64,000 nucleotides of DNA from Antedon mediterranea. Its lineage: Eukaryota > Animalia > Echinodermata. The stretch lies in contig NC_092679.1 of assembly GCF_964355755.1 (NCBI RefSeq), positions 16,351,432-16,415,431 of the forward strand. The letters run 5' to 3'. Of this stretch, positions 12,701 to 23,777 are shown piece by piece. The stretch's first letter is position 1; each line of letters starts with the position of its first letter. Both the position numbers and the translations under genes were made by a program. Below the pieces are notes generated by a model. The model was not told the DNA's origin, did not search any database, and worked only from the letters and a program-made list of their open reading frames with translations.

Positions 12701-15347
12701 AGGGACAATACATCTTTAGCTCTGTCAATACTATTAAACTAGTTTGGAAAAAAAGTGTGATGTGCCCAGATATGGTAGTGATATGACATCATCATGTCCA
12801 TATGTGAACATCACATTTTTTTTCACATAAAGTTTGATAGTGTAGACAATGACAACCAGCTAAATAGGGAGTCGTGGTTCTGCTAATGCTAGGTACATGC
12901 AAATTGAAAAATGTGATATAAATGCCACTATATTAATTACCACATCTTACTTTTAATCTTGTGAAGCAATAACAATATTTTATTATTTTAAGGAAAGAAA
13001 GATGTTTTATTTGTAATTACAAGGACCACTGGTTGACCATCAGAAAACTAGGACAACAGTGGTTTAATTTAAATTCACTTTTATCAGGACCAGAATTAAT
13101 AAGTGACACTTATCTGTCAATGTTTTTAGCGCAACTTAAAAATGAAGGTAAGACTTTGCTATAATTATAAAATTTACTACTGTTAGAAAAAATATAAAAG
13201 AAACATACCGTAATATATATTAACTATGATTTGGTTAATTTGATACCGCAAAATGTATATAAGTACTAATCATGGCATGGTACTAGGGATAGCACTACAT
13301 GTCTCCCCCATTCTTACCAAAAAATCGTACAAGTAATCCATAGCCTTATGGCAAGGGTTCGGGACTCGCTTGCTCCATGGTTCTCGGATTAGCCTAAAGC
13401 CCTGTCTGCACTATCAAACTTAATGTGTCAAAAAAATGTGATGTGCCCATATATGATGACGATGATGATGTCATATCACTACCATATTTAAGCATAGCAC
13501 TACCATATATGGGCACATCAAACTTTTTTGATACATAAATTTTGATAGTGTAGACAAGGCTTTAGGATAGGTCCAGTGTACAAAAATGCTTGTGTACAAT
13601 TTAAAGGACCTTTACTGTACATTTTTTTAGACGAGTACCCCTGTGTACTAGCTCACACAGCCACTATCGTGGACAGGTGAGAGAGCGCAAGAATTGACCC
13701 TTAGAGGGAAAGTATAGCATTTAAGTCCACAGCGCCATGAGCAATGATCGTAATCAGATTGGTACAAATGGAAATTGATGTAACATCAATTAGGTTATTA
13801 TATTATTATTATATTATATTAATCTTTTTCAGGTTATTCAATATTTGTAGTAAGAGGACATTTACCCGATTGTGAAGCAAATAATATATTAAATTTAGTA
13901 AAAGCTGTACAAAGATCAAAACCAAAGTATGTTAATGATAAAAGTCAAGGACATTCCAAAGAAGGTAGGAGTACAGATGGATTCTCAGAAGATGACCTAC
14001 AACGAGCATTAGAAGCCAGTAAAGAGTATCTGACAAATCCGCAAGAAGATCAACAGACCAGTGTACGAGGTCGGTTTAAATACTTAGGCAAATTAAATAT
14101 TTATTAGGTCCTGTTTCTGCTGCATAAAAATAACCGGTTAAAAACGGTGTGAATAAATTAACCCCAATTTCATGGGACAGAAACAGGACAATTTTTTAGT
14201 AACCGGTTAAATGGAAACGTAAATATAACTATTACAAACACCCATTCAATTTAATGCAATTTAACCGGTTATTGCTGTGCAACCTTTCGCTGCAATACAA
14301 AATAATGGTTATTTTATTGACAGCTGCTGACCTTGAGTCAACCACACTGCAGTAACTTTTAAATTAACTGCCAGGACCATTTTCGTTTTTGGGTAATGCC
14401 AACGATTTCGGATTTAAACGGTTATTTTAGAGCAAAAATTGAGCAGAAATGCCACGTCAATATAAAAATTACACTATGGCAGCAACAACATACCCAATGA
14501 TAACCTAGGCAATTCAGTCACTATCCTTCTTAAAGCTACTTTCACATCGTTAGTGCCTCCTTTCCATTACAAATCTGGATTAGTAATACGTACACAAATA
14601 ATTTGGTATTCTAATTAATAAATTTATTTATTTTTTGTTTATATATAGAACACAGTCCAACAGATTTAATTCCTGATGTGGATGAGCTTAGGAAAAAGCG
14701 AGAGAATTTCTTTAAAAAGTAAGTATGATGATCTTGAGGTGCCGTGTTCTGCAAAAAATTCCCTTCATATAATATTTCAAATTGTTATGCCAAAACAGTA
14801 TACTGTATTTAATATACAATATATTTAAACCTTGATAAATTTATTGAATGGGGATCTTGAGGTGCCATTTCCTGCCAAATTTCATTCACATTACATGATA
14901 TAAGATTTAAAATTACTATGAGTTTTTTAATAAGATATGTACCCAATATTTAAAATTACTATGCCAAAATAGTTTTAAAAAAAATATATATATACCAAAT
15001 ATTTAAACCTTGATGAATTTCTTTAAAATGTAAGTATGGGGATCTTGAGGTGCCATCTCCTGCCATTTTCCAGTCAAATGATATTTACATGGTATATAAT
15101 ATATAACAATAGGTATATATTTACAGTACTGTACCAATATTTAAACCTTGATACATTTTTTGTTTTAACTCTAAATTTTAGACAGCAAGATAAAAGTTTA
15201 ACAAGTGGATCAACTAGTAGTGATTCAAAGATTTTAGAAAATTTAGAAACAAATCAATCGCCAAAGAAAGATGATGTTGTGGATGAGGAGTCTGAAGATG
15301 CCATGCTACAAGCAGCCATTGAACTATCAATGAGCAAACCAAATTAG
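9741..15347 (+). CDS. ATXN3: Ataxin-3 (Josephin deubiquitinase), 8 exons
   Basis: Exons 9741-9779, 10244-10292, 10568-10683, 10933-11063, 12993-13147, 13833-14069, 14649-14718, 15182-15347. MDSIFHEKQEGSLCAQHCLN, NMDDSGYFSVQVI, ICNYKDHW, WFNLNSLL (Cys/His/Asn triad intact), UIM-like EDDLQRALEAS, VCP-binding-like ELRKKRENF, terminal UIM EDAMLQAAIELSM. Confidence 0.95.
11250..12715. mobile_element. Kolobok-like element hosting a nested insertion
   Basis: TTAA-AGATGTATTGTCCC ... GGGACAATACATCT-TTA inverted termini. Confidence 0.75.
11501..12405. mobile_element. Tc1/mariner (pogo/Tigger-type) non-autonomous element
   Basis: TA-CCGTATTTTCCGGAGTATAGGTCGA ... TCGACCTATACTCCGGAAAATACGG-TA: perfect 25-bp TIR, TA TSD, subterminal GGGGTCGACTTATA repeats. 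Confidence 0.88.
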
Positions 15348-18179
15348 ACGACCTAAAATAATATATTATGTCAGCTAAGCATCCAGATTTTTTTGTTGCT
15401 GATTTTGTGTAAATGATCTAATTATATTCCTTTTAATTAGGAAACCACTTCTAAAAAATAGGAGGAGGAGGGGGGGGGGGGGGGGTGCTACAAATTACAA
15501 AAAAGGCCAAGACTATAGGATAGGATTGCCACCTAAGGATAGTGAATGAATTCGCCTATGGTTATCCTTGGCAATTTGCCTAAATAAATAAACAAAAGCA
15601 TATTCCAACATTTACCGTAAATGTGATATGATATATTCTCTATTTGTTTTGTGATAAGAGCATTTATTATTATTACTGTGTATATTAATTATGACTAAAA
15701 CCTGTATTTTATTTGCTGTACAGCACCAACAGGTGTATATGAATATTGCATAATTATATTTTAATAACAATGCATAGCTACTAGATATACTTTATGATGG
15801 GAAAAACAAAATGTATTGGTTATATTATATACAAAATTCAAGTACTTACCACCTCTAGATGGTATATGTACTACTTAAATAAATCATTACAATGTGCCTT
15901 TTTAAATTCAAATACACCAGCTATATATTCAACACCATGACGAAAGGTATTCAAATATTGGCCAACTGTGTATTAGTTTTGAAACTAGTAAATATCATAA
16001 AAATTAGGAATTTGAATAATAAAGGACACTGCAGTCCAACCCTCCCTAACCCTAATCTGGGTTTGAGAAAGAATCTGGTCAAGTTGATTGTATTACCACA
16101 GAGCTATCAAATTAATATTCAGCTTCATTGTAACACAGTAAATGGAACGTGTGTTCAGCAATTGTTGCTATATGCATTTATTTACATTTCAAAGGGAAGA
16201 GCTTAGTTTGTTATAAAGGGAATGGAGTGTTGCAGTAAAACTGGATGCGAGTGCAGAGGGTAATAAATAATTTATGACAGAAAGTGGACATTCGGACAAA
16301 AGTGATTGATGGACAAATTTAATTAGGGCATTAGGGTATTATACATTATCATCCATTTAGATAAAACTAAATATATATATTATTCGATTTAACAAATGTG
16401 TGTTTTTGTATGTATTAATAATTTTACAAACAATTTTGGCAAAAAATTTGTACATTGTTTCAATTTTAGCACATACACATTTCTCGCCATATACATTTTT
16501 ATGGCTATTAAAATATATATTTGATTGTGACTGTTAATTCTATAAATTAAGTAAGGGCACCATAGCTGCTGCACAATAGCTACAATAATAATACGCAACT
16601 GATGGTATTTTCAAGTATGTTTGTATAAATAATTTATACTACTACAGATTATTTCTGTAGATTTATTGAATTGTTGTTACCAATTTTTTTTAATTCATTT
16701 ATCCAGGAAGGTGGGTTGGGGTTAGATATCAAAATTTACATCATTTTTTTGTTATTTATGAAATTATATATACAGTGACACTATTTTTTGCTTTGAAAAT
16801 ATGTTGTATTTCATTGGAATACAGAGTTTTGTTAATTAAAACTATGTTTTTTTTATGAAACAATACATTACGGTATACGTTAAGATTTTCATAATTACAT
16901 GCCTGGTGAAAAATGTATAGTCTTTTAAAGGCATTACTGTTTATCACAATAAATCATTTAGTATTCACAATGCAAATAAATTAAAACACATTTTTAAACT
17001 ATTATTTTCTGTAGTCTTCTTATGCTAGTATTTTTTATGGTAAGTAGTAAAATGGACACACAGACCTTTGTATTAAGAACATATTCAATGAAAGGTCTGT
17101 GAAAGAGAGACAGCCGCCTCTTAGGCCCTGTACATGCTGCCTAGTATTTACTATACATAAATATAAAAATCCCTGACAAATAAATCTAAAAGGCTTGGTT
17201 TTTTAATTTATTTTATTCGAAGTTTTCCAATTACAAAATGCATAAACTATATCATGCTTGTAAGTCAAGAGGCTTAGAGAGTGGAGTTGGTTTACAGTTG
17301 TGAGTTACAACCCTGGCACAAGGTCAGGATTGAACCCTGGCACCAGGTCAGGATTGAACCCTGCACCTAAACCATACAGCACAAATATGATAATAGTTAA
17401 AATACAATGCAACACAAATACAAATGAAAATCCTACCTTAATGTTGAGTCTAAAAATATGTTGGTACACAACTAGGTCTTGCTTGTCTGCTAGCCAAGGC
17501 TACACTGACTTGCACCAACACAGAGGCATGCTAAACAAAGAAAAGTCTACACCTGCATAATATGCAAATAAACTAGTGGCATATCTAGGAATTCTGACTT
17601 GCATAAAAAACTAATTTCTCAATGGTTCTAATCTAGATACAGGAAGTTTCTCTTCTAGATTAAAAAAATGTTATGCAACTGTAGTTCACAATTTTTATTT
17701 CATTATCACCTTTTACAAAACATTTTTATAATTAAAATATTAAAAAAACAAAACAATTAAATATAATATAAATTGAACATTGGAAAATAACAATGTAAAC
17801 AAATTATATTAACGTCATTTGACAATATTGATGGCATCGTTATACATATAGAAGACAAAGTAAAATATAAAATTTGGTGGTATTATAAAAGACTGGTAGT
17901 CGTATCATTTTTATTTATTTATTTTTTTATATATTTGGGCAAATCGCCAAGGATAACCATAAGCAAATTCATGACCCTTCTTAAAGGTGGCAATCCTGTT
18001 CACAAGAAAAACATACACAGTATGCTCTACATAAACAAAGTCTTATTTTTTGGGAGTGGAGATATAAACATTAGAAAAAATCCTCACACTGACAGGACTT
18101 GAACCCAGGACCCTTGGATTGGTAGCCAAGCCACCATCCACAACTGCATTTAAAACCGACTTTAGCCAATTTTAGTTAA

Positions 18180-18413
18180 AGATGTATTGTCCCCGAAAAC
18201 ATGACAAATATTTATGAATAGTTCTAGTTAATATAGCAAAAAAGCTTGCTCATTAAAAAGACAAACAGTTGAATTTCAGTATTTTAAAAATTAAATTACG
18301 GTTTGATTAGGTAAATATTTTTTTTTTTTTTATCCAATTGAGTGAAAACTACTGTGTTACATTAAAATGGCTAAAACTGTTTTCAATCATTATTTCAAGG
18401 GGACAATATATCT
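18180..18413. mobile_element. Kolobok-like MITE
   Basis: TTAA-AGATGTATTGTCCCC ... GGGGACAATATATCT-TTAA. Confidence 0.8.
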
Positions 18414-19220
18414 TTAAAAATAATAATTGTATAAAAGTAATATTTCATGGTATATAAAATAAATCTTTAAAATAAAATACTCTTAAGAAAAATAAACGAT
18501 ATAAAATAATCTTAACATAGCCTCTTGAGTGTATTCCTCTCATAAAAACATTTAACATGTGTACAAATCTATCATATAACATAGAAAAGTATAATAAAAA
18601 GTGTGTAAAGCAGTGCAGTAGTAGTAATAATATCATACAAAGTTGATACCTATATAAAAAATCTGTGCTACTCAACAAACAATGCAATTTATAAAACAAC
18701 TACCCCCTCCCTCAATTAATATTTTAATAAATATATTTTAATTCTGTAATAAAAAATACTATTGAATTTAGCACAAACATAGTTCCACTTCAACATCTCA
18801 ACCACAAAATCTGAAATAGTTTCTTTATTGATATTATATTGAAAATATAGGCCTATCTCAGAAAACATAACTTTACTCGTACAACTCTTTCATAACAAAA
18901 TATATTCACTATTACATTATCTAATAGCTGTAGGGTAAGTCTCATGTCTCGGGTCCATTCTATAGTCGCCATACAGATAGACTACTACACCAGTACTTCT
19001 ATGAATGGATGACTAGTTGGTGACAAGAACGCTAGTTGGTCATACCCAGTACTGATTTTACGATCATTCGGGAAAACACCTCACAACGTGGCACCTAAAC
19101 TTGCACAAATGACTACCCGTTTTTTCCAGTTTCACAGCAACCATGCTGCCAGGTTTCTTTTCTGCTGACTGTTCCCTTTAGGAGATTTATTAGGCCACTA
19201 TAGCCAAGTATTAACTGCAA

Positions 19221-19520
19221 CTCACAGGCTAAACCCAAGGGCCCCAGAGCTTAAGGAACTACTGTACTCAGAGTTGCTCCACTAGGTGACAGTAGTGGAG
19301 TAACAGCTATGAGCACTCACAGGCTAAACCCAGGGGCCCAGAGCTTAAGCAACTACCTACTGTAGAGTCGGAAGGCCTTGCCCCTGCCCTACGCCACTGG
19401 GTGACAGCAGTGGAGTACCGGCTTTGAGCGCTCACAAGCTAAACCCAGGGGCCGTAGAGCTTATGGAAATACCCAGAGTTGCAGGGCCTTTCCTCCTGCG
19501 TTACGCCACTGGGTGACAGC
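19221..19520. repeat. GC-rich ~95-115-bp tandem repeat x3 in the B3GAT3 3' UTR
   Basis: Recurring CTCACAGGCTAAACCCAGGGGCC..AGAGCTTA..CCACTGGGTGACAG. Confidence 0.85.
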
Positions 19521-19526
19521 TCTATT

Positions 19527-22500
19527 CTACACTTCTATGTTAGGGTCAGATGGGTTGCCTTGTTTTATAAGTATATCCTCTTGCTTCCACTTAGGTTTCT
19601 CTGTCCTTGTGTGCCAGACATAAACCTGTGAAAGAATTAATCATAATAATTATATTTTGATAAAACCATTGACCTACTTTAACAAATCCCAATTTATATT
19701 AAAAAGGAATACTTTAGCAATAAATAAGCCTACAATATGTGTTAACTAATTCTGAAAAAAGCTAAATAATAAAAGCTTTAATTTAGTAATTAATAATAAT
19801 ATTAATATTTATTTGGTCAACAATGAAGTGAGCATAGGCTAAAGCCCAAACAGATTTTGCACTTACTCCATATAATTTGTTTAACTAATCTTGAAAGTTT
19901 ACAAATATTTGTTGAAATATTAAAACCATTTATTTAGTCATATATAAAAGCTTACAATTTATTATAATTAAATTCAAAATAATATTGAAAATTGAATATT
20001 TATTGTTGATTATCAATTCAAGCCCATTTTATTGTTTTTAGCATTACAAAGAAAGTTATTGTATTAAAATATTCAATTTTTAAATCAATGCTATACTCTC
20101 AATGAATTATGCTGCAATACTTCATCAGTGATGAAAACAGACAGTCAACTGTGAAAATGATTTGTGTTTTAACGAAGTGACAATAATGTTTAGTTCCATA
20201 AGGAATATAAACTAATTTATTCTGAACAATTTAGAAAAAAATGGATACCCTATATCCTTAATTTGCATATTTCAGCTAATTTACATGTTTTTATTAATGT
20301 GCGACTGTGGTGTAATTTGTAGAATATCATCTCCACATCATAAGAGCTTTGTTTGCAATTTGTTTGACTTTAAATGCTAGATTGCCTGACTATACCTGAT
20401 ATATAGAAAAATACTGTATATAGCGGCCATTTTGGTTTTATGGACATTAACCTAATTTCTTCAACTCCATTTTTAATATGTTGTTCTGATAGGCCTTTAG
20501 AGATATTTACCACAAAAATAAATTCTGTTCTAATTTTGTCTAGGTATGCCCATTTTTTTTGCTACATTGACCGGACTATTGGGAAGCAACAAAGTCTCCT
20601 AGTAATAGTGGTGTCCTCTGAATAGGGGTTGGTCATAGTGCTAAACCTATATTGCCCCTTGTTCGGTTCACAGAACTCAACAGAGGGCTTCTACTGTACT
20701 GTAGTTAGTTACAAGATTACAATTAAACTACATCTTTTACCAGCTAAATTAATAGCTTTACAGACAGGCAAATAAAATCTGTCATATAGGATGTCCTTAT
20801 ACTATAGATTCCTATCAAACAGAAATGCTACAACAACTAATGAATTACCTTTGTGCATAGGCCAGCCTTGGGCTCCAAATCCTCCATCTTTACTATTTTT
20901 ATAAGGTAAGAAGACTCTATATAACCCCTTGGTGCTTTGATGTCAAACCTAGCCTCAGAATTCTGTTGTACCAGGAGTAGATTGATTGCAAAGCCTGCCA
21001 TATCAATTGCAAACGGTCGTTCTGGTTTCCAAGCTGTGTACCATGCATAAACCTTCTGTTCCGCATTCACTAGAGGGCGCTCAAACTTTAGACCACCAAC
21101 GATACCGACTGGCCATACAGATACTGTTTGTGTGTTTCTCATCTGTATGTTGAAACAAAAAGAGTGAATAACTATTATAAAAAAATAATCAGGGCGTCAA
21201 TACTGATATATTGGCTATGGTTATGAATGCCTTGATAAAATAAACTATTTTTTCCAGCCATGAAACGCATCATGTAAAAATAAAAATAAAAATATTTTAT
21301 TTACCTCATGAAAAATCTGTAAATCATATGTATTGTCATCATCAGCAAAATAAACTACACCGGGTTCTTTATTGGCGTCAACGTTTTTCACCAACCAATC
21401 AATTGCAAGGTTACGCTGTTCTACACCTCTGGGTTTTAACCAACTCGGATCGTTCTCACCAAGTTGATAGTATTGTGGCGTTTTTGTATTCAAGTGCGTA
21501 AAAACTACTCCGGATCTTTCCAAAAATTTCGCAACCAGAGGTGTTTTATTCTCCGAGTCTTCTACGACTATCCAGTGAAGGTTTTTTATATGTAGGAAAG
21601 TTTGCGATAACCGTGTCAACTCAGCTTTTTGTACATGCCTTGTATACGTTGGAGTGATGGCGTATATAGTTGGCAAATCATCATCCGTAATTTGCGATAT
21701 ATAATCTACCGCATACGGATATTGTCTTCTTAACGTAGTTTGTAAAAAATCAAGTCTTTTTGAAATAAAATTAATATTCTTTTCTTTGGCTTCTAGTTCA
21801 TTCATTTGTCTTTTATACTCATCATTAATTTCTTTAGCAAGTCCCGTTTTTTGGTGTTCAACATTTTGACAATTAAAACCTGAAAGAAATTACAGTTGAT
21901 GATTTTAATTCATGCATATCATAGATTTTGTGATAAAAAATGTGATGTGCCCATATATGAACATTATGATGTCATATCACTACCATATTTGGACATATCA
22001 CTACCATATTTAGGCACATCATCACACTTTTGTTTTTCAAACTAGTTTGATAGTGTAGACAGAGCTTTAGAGTGCAAATCAGAATGTTACTAGAGACCTA
22101 TGACCCGGGCCTCTATACACGAAAACACCCACATTCAAAACCATCGACCATCAAAAGTGTGCAAGAAAACTGTCCACTACCAGTGGGAAAGATCTGTCAC
22201 ACAGGCTGAGACAACTGGCATGAATAGGAATTTGCTCATGATAAATTTACTTGCGTGCAGAGATGGTAAAACATTGTGATATTGAGTGAATGATGTAGTT
22301 CTACTACTGTTGAGTGGTCATTGGATGGCAGACAAGATTTTTTATTAGGAAGGAATTTGTATATTTCTTCTAGCCAAATTGTCCTATTGTCCTAATCAGC
22401 TCGTAGCTCATTAAATCTACGCATGTGTGCATTTTTAAAAAGTGGCAATTTTTCTGACACAACATTGTGGAATTAAGATAATAGTGTGACAATGGGTAAG

Positions 22501-23110
22501 ACCATGCTGACCAATCAAATGTCTGTGTCAGAACCAACAATTTAAATGCATATACAATCATTCAAACCTGAAATAGGAAGCTTTTGTTGCTTACTAGAGC
22601 CTGAAAAGATTTTGTGTAAAAACGAAAATAATTGTATTATTATTAACGATAAATAGATATTAAATAGGCCTATTTATTAAACCATAGAGATATTATAGTG
22701 AACAATATCTCTATGATTAAACTCTGAGGCTAGCTAAGCTAAGCAAACAAATAAAAAAATATAAAAAGTGAAATGATTAATAACAATATAATTATTTTAT
22801 TTACTATATCAAGGCGAAGTTTTAAAAGAAAATTAGGCCTAATCTAGGGCTAGGCCTACAATCCAGTATGGTATCGCATAACCCGACACGCCAACAGGGG
22901 CAGTTGGTGTGGCGTCTGGTGGCATATAGGCCTAGACCTACACAAGAACGAGAAGCTCGGTTAGCCTAGCCTAAAATATTTATATTTTACATTTGGCTAA
23001 CGTGTTTTTAGAAATTTAAACATACCGATATTCATGACCATCATAAGAAATCCGATCAACGAGGAGCACATACAGAGAATCAATAACTTATGAAATATGC
23101 CTCTACTCAT
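19527..23110 (-). CDS. B3GAT3: GT43 galactosylgalactosylxylosylprotein 3-beta-glucuronosyltransferase (GlcAT-I-like), 4 exons
   Basis: Exons 23110-23026, 21879-21305, 21142-20849, 19625-19527. N-terminal type [59 protein letters not shown]. Family is secure; the B3GAT1/2/3 assignment is less so. Confidence 0.9.
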
Positions 23111-23777
23111 TTCTGTTATTCTTGCCACGCACGGTGTATTCAAAGAAATGGAAAGTCACGCATGACAAAACATGACAAATAATAAAGGAAGTACGCCATC
23201 AACGGTATTTTATTAAAAGGGGAAACCCCTAATTTCCCTCCGCGTTACGTTAACCACGCCCACCTTTCTGTGTATCAACTTTTACGACAAACTTTTTATT
23301 TTTTAAACAAAGATAGTACCATAATCATCCACAATCAAGTCTAAAATAACTTTTATATCTTTAAAATAAAAATCATATAGGTCTATGTGCATTCATATTA
23401 ATTATTATATAAAACATCTTTCTCATAATCATGGATAAATCATAAATATAGCACAGTAATCGTTCACATAGAAGTTATGATTTCATTTCATTTCATTATT
23501 TATTTGGTCTATTTAAGTATATACAAAAGAAAAAAAACTGAAATTTGGGAGACCAGGGTCAACCTAAGTGAACTTAATCACTGTAGCTGAGCCGGTTGAT
23601 CTATTTATAGGCTAATTACATGACTTGGAAATACTAAATAATATTGTAAACCTTGAATTTATTTGTTAACGTTTTAATAGCACGTCATTTGATAAATTTA
23701 GGTTCATATGGCGATCACGATGGATCAGTAGAATCATGCAGCTAGTGATAATCAACGGTTACAATTGGTATATTGTT

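Noticed and set aside
19221-19520. SECIS or iron-responsive element
   Set aside because: No in-frame TGA in the gene, no SECIS quartet with apical AA found, and the loop is not CAGUGN.
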